DNA from: Patescibacteria group bacterium
GTDB lineage: Bacteria > Patescibacteriota > Patescibacteriia > Patescibacteriales > UBA12075
Direction: 5' to 3'
Length of the DNA stretch: 64,000 nt
Assembly (NCBI GenBank): GCA_018897195.1
Contig: JAHILH010000005.1
Span: 128,745-192,744, forward strand
In this document: positions 10,372 to 20,621 of the stretch, piece by piece
Layout: every line of letters begins with the position of its first letter
Position numbering within the stretch: the first letter of the stretch is position 1
The notes under the pieces: model-generated
The model's database searches: none
What the model was told of the DNA's origin: nothing
Seen by the model: the letters and a program-made list of their open reading frames with translations, nothing else
Translations under genes and position numbers: made by a program

Positions 10372-11235
10372 TTATTCAATAATTTCATTAATTTTTCGTA
10401 ATTTAGATGAATCGATTTTAAAATAATTCCAAGAATTTTGAATTCTAAAATTATTACCTTCATGACGATGAAAATCAGAACCACCAGTTTCAATCAAATC
10501 AAACTCACGAGCCATTAATTGCGCGTACACTACCGCGCCATAACTATGATGTGGTGACAAAACCTCAATACCATCGATTCCCATGTGCTTCAAATCCTCC
10601 AATACTGGTTTTCGAAGTTGGTTGTACTTGCCCGGATGATTAAAAATAATTTTTCCCCCTAGATCTTTTTTCAATTTTAAAATTCTTTCCAAGCTGACAT
10701 AAGTATTATCCAAAAAACTAGTTTCCTTGTTGTAAAAATATTTATTAATAACTTCATTTTCACGTAAAATATTAGTTTGCATTTCCGCCATCACCCTGGC
10801 AGCATTTTCCGGAACGGCTAAAAAGCGGTCAACAACTTGATTGACGGGAATATAATGATTGAATTCGTCCAAGATATTGTCAACGTCAATTTCAAAACCC
10901 TTGACCACTAATTTATTCAAGGCTTCACGAACTTTTTTACGACGTCGCACCTGCGTATCGCGCAACAACTTGTGTAATTGCGGGTTACGATCATCAAAAT
11001 TATACCACAAAAAATTCAAGCGCTTATTTTTATGCTTCACGTACAACTCCAAACCCGTAATTGGCTTGATACCTTTAGCAATACAGGCAGCGCGAAATTC
11101 ATCCAAGCCACCGACGGTGTTATGATCAGTCAAAGCCGCCACCTTGATACCCTTGGAATGAATAAAATCCACCACCTCGGTTGGCGTTAAATATCCATCT
11201 GAATAAGTTGAATGAAGTTGTAAATCAATTAACAT
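10372..11235 (-). CDS. PHP-domain phosphoesterase (TrpH/YciV-like)
   Basis: DLQLHSTYSDG, LTDHNT, GLE, HP, GGSDFH. Confidence 0.88.
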   Translation of the reverse strand: MLIDLQLHSTYSDGYLTPTEVVDFIHSKGIKVAALTDHNTVGGLDEFRAACIAKGIKPITGLELYVKHKNKRLNFLWYNFDDRNPQLHKLLRDTQVRRRKKVREALNKLVVKGFEIDVDNILDEFNHYIPVNQVVDRFLAVPENAARVMAEMQTNILRENEVINKYFYNKETSFLDNTYVSLERILKLKKDLGGKIIFNHPGKYNQLRKPVLEDLKHMGIDGIEVLSPHHSYGAVVYAQLMAREFDLIETGGSDFHRHEGNNFRIQNSWNYFKIDSSKLRKINEIIE

Positions 11236-11334
11236 AAATTTTGGAATAACCAGGAAACAATAACCAATAATCACAAAGATCATTTATTAGTTATTGAAAT
11301 TTGGTTATTTATTATTAATAAAAAATTACACGAA

Positions 11335-12354
11335 TTATATATTTAAATTCTGTTTAACTCTATCAATTAGGATTTGCGCCCTCTCTGGATTAGGGTCGTA
11401 TTTCAATAAAAGAAAAGTGGCAGTTCTGATTGCCGTCCAGTTATAATAATTATCAATTCTTTTTTGTAAATCTTCTGTTAGTTTTACTCTGCTACTCTTG
11501 AAATAACTATCCAAAAATAAATTTTTAATTTTTTTCTGGTAACTCTCGTCGGCAATTTTTCGACTACACATATACTCTAGTTGTTGTGAAAATGTTCCTA
11601 AGTCTCTTGCGAAATCTGTAAACGATAAATCCGTAAAATCGATAACCCCAATTTTTCTCTTGCCCATTCTAATTACATTCTCTGGGTGTGCATCACCATG
11701 AACCAGCCATCGCTTACTTGTTGACGATAAAAACTCTTCTTCATTTTTTACAAAAATTGCATACGCCTTTACATAAAAATCATAATATTCCGGAAAATCA
11801 TTTTGTATTCTTTCTAGTGTATGCTCTACACCCGGATACACTGTCTTGATACGACTATTATCTTCGTTGAATCGTTGTTCATCAGAAACTTTTAATTTGT
11901 GCAAACGAGAGAACCACTTAGCTGTCTTGGGCACCATATCTTCAATGATTGGAAAATTACTCTCTCTAATAAAATAATATAAATTACTGCCTTTAACGCC
12001 GCGATAAAATGTGGCTCGAAAATAGTCGGAGTAATAAAGTGGATGCGGGATACTTAAATAGCCGTCGCCAAATCCATGACTCCATAGAAATTTCAAATTA
12101 TCATAAACATTCTTTCGAGGCTCAGTAGAATGAGCTGTACAAAAAATTGGTAGCTCACGGCGCTTACCTTTTTTATCAACAAACGTAGTTACAAACTCAA
12201 TCACCACATGATACGTAGTTTCCCAAATAAGCTTTTTCCAAGGTTTAATAACTACTTTTTTAATATCAACAAAATCTGGATAACTTGGCAAAATCCTTTT
12301 TTTTAAATATGTAATAACATATTCATCATCCAATAATTGATTTATTCTATTCAT
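11335..12354 (-). CDS. Aminoglycoside phosphotransferase (APH)/choline-kinase-like protein
   Basis: LVHGDAHPEN and IDF...ARDLG catalytic motifs. Confidence 0.8.
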   Translation of the reverse strand: MNRINQLLDDEYVITYLKKRILPSYPDFVDIKKVVIKPWKKLIWETTYHVVIEFVTTFVDKKGKRRELPIFCTAHSTEPRKNVYDNLKFLWSHGFGDGYLSIPHPLYYSDYFRATFYRGVKGSNLYYFIRESNFPIIEDMVPKTAKWFSRLHKLKVSDEQRFNEDNSRIKTVYPGVEHTLERIQNDFPEYYDFYVKAYAIFVKNEEEFLSSTSKRWLVHGDAHPENVIRMGKRKIGVIDFTDLSFTDFARDLGTFSQQLEYMCSRKIADESYQKKIKNLFLDSYFKSSRVKLTEDLQKRIDNYYNWTAIRTATFLLLKYDPNPERAQILIDRVKQNLNI

Positions 12355-12457
12355 AACTTTCCAGTATCGCTATTCCCGCTCTTGCGGAAATACAGGTACC
12401 ACGTCTTATATTTTAATTAAATTATTTTTTAAACAAAGAGCCCGACAAGAAGATTGA

Positions 12458-13630
12458 TTAATTTTTTTTCCAATGGTACTCCCAATGCTCATGCCAAATC
12501 ATATGTTTTATTTTTATATAAAGCTTTTCGCCTTTTATTTTCACACTCCTAGTTTCCACATTATGCAAGGATCTGATTGCGCGAATAAACTCATTAACAC
12601 CGCGCTCAACCTCATCCGGATTCCAGGAAACAGAGCCAAATAGTTTAAAGTCGCGTCCCGATGCCCACCAAAAAGTACAACTTGCCAAACCCAGAGTATA
12701 GTGTCTTTGCGCCCAAATAATATTTTCATCCTCAGCATTGTTCTCAATAACCTCATTAGCCAAATTGGCTAAATTCCAAAGCTGTTTGTGTATTTTATTT
12801 CTAGGATCTAGCCATAGTGCATAAGGCACGCTTTTGGTGATTTCTGACTCCGTTGACTCCCAATTACAAGGAGTGATTTTTACTTTCACCGCGGTTTTAT
12901 TCTGAAGATGCTCGGAAATTGTCAACGTTTTTAAATCAGCTCTTTTTAAGAGTTTTTCAAATTCAGCCGTATGGTCAAGATGTCGTAAGCCATAAAGCTC
13001 AGCATCCGTCGCCGTAATATATAACTCATGTTTATTTTTATAATCCAACAGTTTTTGGTCATTACCCAAAATATCCGGCACAAAGTTTTGCGACAAGCCC
13101 CTCATCCGAAACACAACCTTTAGTCCACTATTCTCATCTAGATAGTTTTTAGAAAAATCAACATTACCAAACTGTCCACCATGAGCGATTTCATCCACGA
13201 TAATCCACTCATAGCCCAAGCTCTTTACCAGTTTGGCTGCCTCCACACCATAAGCCATTTCTGGGAAAAAAAATCCCCTGGGCTTGAAGTCGGATCCAAA
13301 ATGCTTTTGCAAAATAATCTCATTTTCTTTAATTTGCCTTTCCACCTCCTCAAGCGGTATCAATGGCACTAAGGGATGATAGGCACAAGTCCCGGTGAGT
13401 TCTACCTGCCCTTTTTTAACTAATTTTTTAATTCTCCCAATTAAGTCACCCTCATTTAACGCCTCCCAGTGCGCGAACAAACAACCTTGAATATTTAAAG
13501 TAAACTTAGTTTGCGGATTTTCCTCCAAGGCTCTTACAATTCTCCGATAGCTCATGTCAGTTGCTTCTTGAATAAAATAAGCATCCTTGTTGGCTGGTTG
13601 ATATAAATGTAAAAAATTAATCCAAAGCAT
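12458..13630 (-). CDS. Glycoside hydrolase family 57 protein
   Basis: FLHLYQP, VEL....YHP..P, GFFFPEMAY (nucleophile), DAELYG (acid/base), SCTFWWA. Confidence 0.88.
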   Translation of the reverse strand: MLWINFLHLYQPANKDAYFIQEATDMSYRRIVRALEENPQTKFTLNIQGCLFAHWEALNEGDLIGRIKKLVKKGQVELTGTCAYHPLVPLIPLEEVERQIKENEIILQKHFGSDFKPRGFFFPEMAYGVEAAKLVKSLGYEWIIVDEIAHGGQFGNVDFSKNYLDENSGLKVVFRMRGLSQNFVPDILGNDQKLLDYKNKHELYITATDAELYGLRHLDHTAEFEKLLKRADLKTLTISEHLQNKTAVKVKITPCNWESTESEITKSVPYALWLDPRNKIHKQLWNLANLANEVIENNAEDENIIWAQRHYTLGLASCTFWWASGRDFKLFGSVSWNPDEVERGVNEFIRAIRSLHNVETRSVKIKGEKLYIKIKHMIWHEHWEYHWKKN

Positions 13631-13719
13631 AACAGAATAATTAATAACCAAGTTACAATCACCATAGATTGAGCATCTTGATATTTATTAATATTATATA
13701 AATTTTCTTTAAGTAAATA

Positions 13720-15186
13720 TTATTTCAACTTCAACGCCTTCTTGTATAGCGCCAAATATTTCTTCGCTGGTATTTCCCAGCTATTTGATTCTTGCATACC
13801 GCGCACCACTAAATCCTTCCATGTTTCTTTGTCTTTATACACTTCTAGCGCCCTAATGATCGCTCCATACAATGAAAATTTATCAAACCCGGCAAAAGAA
13901 AAACCAGTTCCTCTTTTTACTGTTGGGTTAAAATTACGCACAGTATCATTCAGACCACCGATTTTGCGAACGATTGGCACACAGCCATAACGCATGGCGA
14001 TTAATTGGTTAATACCACAAGGCTCGTGATGTGACGGTAATAAGAAAAAATCTGAGCCAGCATAAACCAAGGTCTCATATTTCTGATTCTCCTCGTGCGA
14101 AGGTATCACGGCCAACTTGTTAGGGTATTTCTTGGCAACTTTTTGCAACTCCTTGATGTATTTTTTATCACCAGCGCCAATCACGATCATTTGCAAATTC
14201 AACTCCATTAATTGCCAGATAATTTTTAGTATTAATTCAAAGCCTTTCTGAAAGGTCACACGCGACGTTGAACAAATAAGTGGAACATCGGGATCAATTG
14301 TTAAGCCAAATTTTTCCTGAACAAATAATTTATTTTCTTTTTTGTTCTGACTTTTTTGATAATCATATTTCTTGTGTAATCCCGGATCTTCTAATGGGTT
14401 ATAAGCCTTATAATCAATACCGTTCACAATGCCAAACAGGCGATCTTCTCGATTTTTCAAAACACGATGCAAGTCCTGCCCAATATTCTTTGTAATTATC
14501 TCTTCCCGATATTGCTCACTTACCGTGTTTACCATATCAGCTGACAAAATTGCTCGCTTGGCAAAATTAAGATATTTAATATCCGGATCAGTGATATGGG
14601 GAATTTTTTTACGCCCAAAGTCCTTTTTCTCTATTGGCACCTCCCACCAATTCATTCCCAGCTGAAAAATTAAATTGTGAATTGTAAATATAGTCTTTGC
14701 GTTGCGCAATGTTTTGGAATAGCGGAAATCTGTTTTTAAATAAAATGGGATTAAACCAGTCTGCCAATCATGACAATGAACTATATCAGCTTCAAACTTT
14801 AACATTGAAATCAATTTTAAAGCCGCTACATCAAAAATCAAAAAACGCTCATTTTCACGATCAGACCCATATAGGGTTTTTTTCTTGGAAAAATATTTCG
14901 TATTCTCAATAAAATAAACTGGCAAATTTTTCAATAAATAACCCTTCCAATAATTAACAACCACTTCCTCTTTTGAATTTAAAGAAACTTTTACATTTTT
15001 ATAAAGTAGTTTTAAATCATATTTTTCTTTATCAATCACTTGTCCATACAAGGGTGTAATGCAAATAATCTCATGACCCAGCCTGGACAAGGCCTTGGGT
15101 AAACTACGAGCCACATCAGCCAAACCACCAGACTTAGAAAAAGGCGAAAGCTCTGCAGATATTGAAACTATTTTTAATTTATTCAT
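13720..15186 (-). CDS. glgA: Glycogen/starch synthase (GT5), copy 1
   Basis: KSGGLADV, HCHDWQT, TIHNL, NGID, R...QKG, HEPCGINQ. Confidence 0.93.
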   Translation of the reverse strand: MNKLKIVSISAELSPFSKSGGLADVARSLPKALSRLGHEIICITPLYGQVIDKEKYDLKLLYKNVKVSLNSKEEVVVNYWKGYLLKNLPVYFIENTKYFSKKKTLYGSDRENERFLIFDVAALKLISMLKFEADIVHCHDWQTGLIPFYLKTDFRYSKTLRNAKTIFTIHNLIFQLGMNWWEVPIEKKDFGRKKIPHITDPDIKYLNFAKRAILSADMVNTVSEQYREEIITKNIGQDLHRVLKNREDRLFGIVNGIDYKAYNPLEDPGLHKKYDYQKSQNKKENKLFVQEKFGLTIDPDVPLICSTSRVTFQKGFELILKIIWQLMELNLQMIVIGAGDKKYIKELQKVAKKYPNKLAVIPSHEENQKYETLVYAGSDFFLLPSHHEPCGINQLIAMRYGCVPIVRKIGGLNDTVRNFNPTVKRGTGFSFAGFDKFSLYGAIIRALEVYKDKETWKDLVVRGMQESNSWEIPAKKYLALYKKALKLK

Positions 15187-15218
15187 ACAACGAATTTTGA
15201 TTTATTTTTTATAAACAA

Positions 15219-15713
15219 TTAGACTGTGTCCAGGTGCTGATTGCACGCACAAATCGCGACGGCAAGAGCATCAGCCGCATCATCGGGCTGAGGAATATTT
15301 TTCAAATTCAACAACATTTTTACCATTCTTTGCACCTGCGCCTTGGGCGCTTTTCCATAAGAAGAAACTGCCTGCTTTACTTGTAGTGGTGTAAACTCAA
15401 CCACGCGCACATTTTGCTGTCTTGCTGTTAACAAAATAACACCGCGAGCATGTCCAACCACAAGCGCGGTTTTTACATTCTTATTAAAGAATAATTCTTC
15501 GACTGAAATTAAATCCGGTTTATACTTTTTGATAATATCGGCAAGCGCGCGATTTAAAATTTCTAAACGATCTGTCAGTGGTGTGTGAGCGTCGGTTTTT
15601 ACTGAACCATAATCAAGACATTTGATTTTACCTTGCGCATCTTTGGAAATAACACCAAACCCAGTGTCGGCAATGCCAGGGTCAATGCCAAGTATAATTT
15701 TAACTTTTTGCAT
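15219..15713 (-). CDS. ruvC: Holliday junction resolvase RuvC
   Basis: LGIDPG...TGFG, EELFF, P.QVK, PDDAADALA. Confidence 0.96.
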   Translation of the reverse strand: MQKVKIILGIDPGIADTGFGVISKDAQGKIKCLDYGSVKTDAHTPLTDRLEILNRALADIIKKYKPDLISVEELFFNKNVKTALVVGHARGVILLTARQQNVRVVEFTPLQVKQAVSSYGKAPKAQVQRMVKMLLNLKNIPQPDDAADALAVAICACNQHLDTV

Positions 15714-15715
15714 TT

Positions 15716-16441
15716 TTAAATATTCGCATTAGTATAATAATCAGCCACATCATCCGAATAATCCAAACTATCAATAAAATTTTCCACTTTCTCTTTGTCC
15801 TCATCACTTAATTCCAATTGCTCCTTAGCCACAAATTCAATTTCTGCCGACTCGGTCGCAACGCCCTGACTTTCCAAAAATTTCTGTACTACCTGCAAAT
15901 CACCCATTGTTGTATAAATAGTCACACCACCTTCTTCGCTCACAATATCATCCGCCCCCGCTTCAATTAAATCTAATTCCAAATCATCTATCTTAATACT
16001 TTTCTCTTTCAAGCTTTCGGCTGAAACACTAATCACGCCCCTCTTGTCGAAATTCCACATTACAGAACCCAACGACCCACCAATTTTGGTAAATAAATGA
16101 CGAATTTGCGCCGCACTCCGATTCTTATTATCTGTCAATGTCTTGATAATAAACTGCGCATTCGCTGGACCAACGCCTTCATAATACAACTCCTCTATCA
16201 CCCCACCGTCCAAAGCCCCGGTTCCTTTTTTAATCGCCCGCTCAATATTCTCCTTCGGCATATTCGCGGCTTTGGCCTTATCAACGGCCATACGTAAAGT
16301 GAAGTTTGTATCGAGGTCACCTCCCTTTTCCCGCGCTGCAATTGTAATTAAATTCGATAATTTTGTAAAAATAGCACCTCTTTTAGCATCAACCACCGCT
16401 TTGGCTCTTTTAGTTGTCGCCCATTTAGAATGTCCTGACAT
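15716..16441 (-). CDS. yebC: YebC/PmpR family protein
   Basis: MSGHSKW, NMPKENIERAIKKG, YEG.GP, TDNKNR. Confidence 0.96.
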   Translation of the reverse strand: MSGHSKWATTKRAKAVVDAKRGAIFTKLSNLITIAAREKGGDLDTNFTLRMAVDKAKAANMPKENIERAIKKGTGALDGGVIEELYYEGVGPANAQFIIKTLTDNKNRSAAQIRHLFTKIGGSLGSVMWNFDKRGVISVSAESLKEKSIKIDDLELDLIEAGADDIVSEEGGVTIYTTMGDLQVVQKFLESQGVATESAEIEFVAKEQLELSDEDKEKVENFIDSLDYSDDVADYYTNANI

Positions 16442-16592
16442 ATATTTAGCTTTAATTATAATTCACTCTCCTTATAATGACACGGATGGAATAAAAAATC
16501 AAGTTTTTATTTTTTTTTCATCACAAAATTACCTTGATTACTTAAATAAAAAATGTTAAAATTAACACATTAATTATCTTAAAATAAATCAT

Positions 16593-17660
16593 ATGGATGC
16601 CAAAAAAGCTTTATTTGAATATAAACAAAAAGTTGACGTCGAATTAGAAAGTTTTTTTCAAAAAGTCATTAGCGAAAATGAAAAAATCGACGTTGATATT
16701 GCCGGTGCAATGGATTATGTTCGACAAATCACCATGGCTGGCGGCAAACGTGCTCGAGCTGCTTTTATGTATTACGGATATTTAGCGGCGGGCGGCACAA
16801 GAAAAAAAGATATAACCAGAGCTAGTATTAGCACTGAGATCATGCATTCTTTTGCCCTAATCCATGACGACATTATTGACCAAGACAGTCTTCGTCATGG
16901 TATTACCACGACACATGTTCACTACAGCAAGATGGCTAAAAAATATTTCAAAAATAAAAATGCTGCACATTTTGGCGATTCTATGGCCATTGTCGTTGGT
17001 GACATGATAAATGCTCTAGGAAATCGTGTTTTATTAGAGGCAAATTTTTCACCACACCTAGTCGCTAAGGCAGCGCACCGTCTGCAAAACATAATTTTTA
17101 TAACCATTGTCGGTGAGACTGAAGATATTTTAATTGAAAATCGTGGTCAAGCAACTGAAAAAGAAATTTTGCAAATGTATAAAAATAAAACTGCCACATA
17201 CACCATTGAGGGTCCATTACACATAGGGGCAATTCTGGCTGGGGCTGATGAAAAATTTTTACTAGCCCTGAGCAACTACGCCATCCCCACGGGCATTGCT
17301 TTTCAAATTCAAGATGATGTTTTAGGAATCTTTGGAACAAAAAGTAAAACAGGAAAATCCATTGATTCGGACATTAGGCAAGGCAAACAAACTATTTTAG
17401 TGGTCAAGGCCCAAGAAAAAGCTAACAAAAAACAAAAAACTATTCTTAAAAATTGCCTAGGCAACAAGAATTTAACCGAAACCGATTTAGCTGATTTTAA
17501 ACAAGTAATCATTGATACTGGTTCATTGAAATACGCCCAGGCTATGGCAACGAAATTAATCACCAAGGCAAAGAATGAAATTACTAATCAAAAAATATCC
17601 AAAGAAGCTAAGGACTTCTTAATAAATATTGCCGACTACATGCTTAATCGTGAAATTTAA
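16593..17660 (+). CDS. Trans-polyprenyl diphosphate synthase
   Basis: GGKR.R, LIHDDIID...R.G, KTA.Y, FQIQDD. Confidence 0.92.
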   Translation: MDAKKALFEYKQKVDVELESFFQKVISENEKIDVDIAGAMDYVRQITMAGGKRARAAFMYYGYLAAGGTRKKDITRASISTEIMHSFALIHDDIIDQDSLRHGITTTHVHYSKMAKKYFKNKNAAHFGDSMAIVVGDMINALGNRVLLEANFSPHLVAKAAHRLQNIIFITIVGETEDILIENRGQATEKEILQMYKNKTATYTIEGPLHIGAILAGADEKFLLALSNYAIPTGIAFQIQDDVLGIFGTKSKTGKSIDSDIRQGKQTILVVKAQEKANKKQKTILKNCLGNKNLTETDLADFKQVIIDTGSLKYAQAMATKLITKAKNEITNQKISKEAKDFLINIADYMLNREI

Positions 17661-17753
17661 ATCATTTGTCATCACCGTATCTACGTGGTGCGCCTCTATA
17701 AATATAATAAACCAGGAACTTAAAATAACAATTATAAAATTAAATATAACTAC

Positions 17754-18467
17754 ATGACCAAGGAAAAATTAAACAGACCAAAACACCTCGTTATCATTCC
17801 CGACGGCAATCGTCGCTGGGCCAAGGCCCTGGGTCTCAAACCATGGGATGGACACGAAGCTGGGGCTAAGAATACCGAAAAACTCTTAACATACGCCTTG
17901 GAAAACAATATCGAATGCGTTACCATCTGGGGTTCTTCAATCGACAATATTAAAAAACGCCCCTTAATGGAAAAGAGGGCGCTCTTGAAAATTTACGAAG
18001 TCTATTTCAAAAAACTTTTAACTAACCCAGCCATCGAAGCCGAACAAGCCAAAGTCAGTTTTCTCGGCCGTTGGGAGACACAATTCCCCAACTCCCTTAA
18101 AACGACCATCTACGCCCTGATTGAAAAAACCAAAAATTACGACAAGAAAATGCTCAACTTTATGTTGGCATACAGTGGCGACGACGAAATGCTCGACACG
18201 ATTAATCGCATTCATGATAAATATAAAAAAGGTACCGAGATCACTGCCAAGATTTTAAAAGAAAGTCTCATGACCTCCCAACTACCACCAGTCGACTACA
18301 TGATCCGCACCGGTGGCGACGCCCACCTCAGTGCCGGCTTCATGATGTGGGATACGGCCAATGCTCAACTTTTTTTCGCTGACGAGAAATTCCCCGACTT
18401 TGATACTAAAAAACTTGCGGCCGCTCTAGTTGAATATAGCAATCGACAAAGACGTTTTGGAAAATAA
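17754..18467 (+). CDS. uppS: Cis-prenyltransferase (undecaprenyl diphosphate synthase)
   Basis: HLVIIPDGNRRWA, GH..G, D.MIRTGG, RRFGK. Confidence 0.93.
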   Translation: MTKEKLNRPKHLVIIPDGNRRWAKALGLKPWDGHEAGAKNTEKLLTYALENNIECVTIWGSSIDNIKKRPLMEKRALLKIYEVYFKKLLTNPAIEAEQAKVSFLGRWETQFPNSLKTTIYALIEKTKNYDKKMLNFMLAYSGDDEMLDTINRIHDKYKKGTEITAKILKESLMTSQLPPVDYMIRTGGDAHLSAGFMMWDTANAQLFFADEKFPDFDTKKLAAALVEYSNRQRRFGK

Positions 18468-18539
18468 CAAAAAGAGAGCCGACGCACTGGCTCTCTTTTT
18501 GTTATTTATAAATAAATCTAATTACCCCTCAATCAGTAA

Positions 18540-19247
18540 TCACTCGACATTTCTACACCTCTTGATTGTCTTATATATCGCTCCTACTTCTTCTGGGCTA
18601 AGTTTCCCTTTTTGCTCTTGTAAAATTTTTGCTAAATATTTTGCCTGCACTACAAGGACATTGTCTCGCTCAATGCCTCTAAATAAATCATCAGAATAAA
18701 CTCCATGCACGCTCGATAGCACGACTGTTGCCTTCACCCAATAATTTTTCTTCAAATTTGCTGATAAAATTTTATTTATTTTTAAGGCTTTAATTTTAAT
18801 TTTTTTTAAAATTTTTTCATCAAACTGATTATTTTTCTTATAAATCTTGCCGCTCAAATTCCTAAATCTCCCTAAATAATTTTTTATTTCAATCGCAGAT
18901 ATTCCCGTTGGGCCGATAACAACTAAATCAATATCCCCATATTGATCAACCACTATATTTGATAATAATTTATAATTACTCGGCAATTCTGTTAACAACC
19001 TACGCGACACCTCATTTTCACCTCTCAGGCCAGACCGATAATTCCTAAAGCCTTTCACTGATTTCACAAACACCTTAAAAGAAAAATAAAAAAAGATAAA
19101 TAAATAGATAACTATCACCGATGGATCCACAATCAAATATTTCCTAATTAAATATAAGCCAAACAAAAAACTCACCAAAGTTAAAATCGGACTAAAAAAA
19201 TACATCACTATTTTTCGTTCAATATATTTGGAATTAATTTTTACCAT
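18540..19247 (-). CDS. NERD nuclease-related domain protein with N-terminal TM helices
   Basis: GLRGE.EV, DIDLVVIGPTGISAIEIKN. Confidence 0.8.
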   Translation of the reverse strand: MVKINSKYIERKIVMYFFSPILTLVSFLFGLYLIRKYLIVDPSVIVIYLFIFFYFSFKVFVKSVKGFRNYRSGLRGENEVSRRLLTELPSNYKLLSNIVVDQYGDIDLVVIGPTGISAIEIKNYLGRFRNLSGKIYKKNNQFDEKILKKIKIKALKINKILSANLKKNYWVKATVVLSSVHGVYSDDLFRGIERDNVLVVQAKYLAKILQEQKGKLSPEEVGAIYKTIKRCRNVE

Positions 19248-19333
19248 AAAAAATTTAATTTTAATTATTTACTACTATTTTAGCATAATAAAAAAATATG
19301 CTATAATTAATACATTACAATTAATATTATCTT

Positions 19334-20407
19334 ATGAATCTAGACAATATCAAAGATGTCAAAAAATTAGACACCGCGCTCGTGTCTGAATCAATCGAGG
19401 CTCTACCGAGACAAATTAAACAAGTGTTAAAAGAAGCCAACAATATTAAGATTCCAGCGGCTTATAAAAAAATAAACAAAGTAGTCGTCAGTGGTATGGG
19501 TGGCTCCAATTTAGGTGCGCGCATTATCGAATCGGTTTTTAGTGATCAAATTAAGGTACCAGTCATCATCTTGGCTGACTATACCGTGCCGGCGATGGTT
19601 GATAAAAATACGCTTTACATCCTTTCTTCTTACTCGGGCAATACTGAAGAAACTTTGAGCACTTACTTTGAAGTGAAAAAACGCAAGGCCAAGATTATTG
19701 CCATCACGGCGCATCATGAGAAAAACTCTTTGCAAAAGTTAATGGCCAAGGATAAAATTCCGGGTTATGTTTTCAAACATGATCACAACCCATCAGATCA
19801 ACCGCGTCTTGGCTTGGGCTATTCTATTTTTGGAATGATTTCGCTAATGAGCAAAGCGGGTGTTTTCAAACTTGGCAAAAAAGAAGTTGAGCAAATGGTC
19901 GCTAAATTAGAACAATGGAATAAGACCTTAAACACTGATAGTAAATTAATCAAAAATACGGCTAAGAAAATTGCAACCAAGCTCAAAGGCAAGGAACCAG
20001 TTTTGGTTGGTGCCGAATTTTTACACGGCAACCTACACGCCTTACGCAATCAATTTTCGGAAACCAGTAAAAACTTCGCCAGCTTCTTAATCTTGCCTGA
20101 CCTTAATCACTTCGCCATGGAAGGCCTGGCCCACCCTATCAGCAACAAAAAAGATTTCGTCTTCTTGTTTTTTGACAGCACTCTGTATCATCCCCGCATC
20201 CAAAAGCGAGCTCACCTAACTAAACAAGTGGTCAAGAAAAATAAGATTCAAGTTTTGGACTATCAATTAAAAGGCTTAACTAAATTAGAGCAATCTTTTG
20301 AAGTTTTACAACTCGGCACCTGGATTACTTATTATCTAGGACTCTTAAATGAAATCAAACCAGGACAAGTTCCTTTTGTCGACTGGTTTAAAGCCCAATT
20401 AGGTTAA
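19334..20407 (+). CDS. Bifunctional phosphoglucose/phosphomannose isomerase (SIS, archaeal type)
   Basis: GMGGS, SSYSGNTEET, QPR, Q.SE..K, PDLNH. Confidence 0.88.
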   Translation: MNLDNIKDVKKLDTALVSESIEALPRQIKQVLKEANNIKIPAAYKKINKVVVSGMGGSNLGARIIESVFSDQIKVPVIILADYTVPAMVDKNTLYILSSYSGNTEETLSTYFEVKKRKAKIIAITAHHEKNSLQKLMAKDKIPGYVFKHDHNPSDQPRLGLGYSIFGMISLMSKAGVFKLGKKEVEQMVAKLEQWNKTLNTDSKLIKNTAKKIATKLKGKEPVLVGAEFLHGNLHALRNQFSETSKNFASFLILPDLNHFAMEGLAHPISNKKDFVFLFFDSTLYHPRIQKRAHLTKQVVKKNKIQVLDYQLKGLTKLEQSFEVLQLGTWITYYLGLLNEIKPGQVPFVDWFKAQLG

Positions 20408-20569
20408 AATTGACCAATATTAGAAATATTATTTCCCAAAAACATAAATTGTTGTAAATTTCACGTAACCGCGTTAAGTTTACAACAATTTTTTGTTTTT
20501 ACGAAGAAAACTTGACATTTACCCCAAAATCATTACACTATATATATTAAATATTAAAAAAGGAAACCA

Positions 20570-20603
20570 CCTCACCCTGCCCTCTCCTGGCCAGGAGAGG
20601 GAG
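20570..20603. repeat. REP-like palindrome, family A, in the topA 5' leader
   Basis: CCTCACCCTGCCCTCTCCTGGCCAGGAGAGGGAG between a TTGACA..TACACT promoter (20512-20539) and the ATG. Confidence 0.8.
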
Positions 20604-20621
20604 TAATCTTAGTTAAAATAC

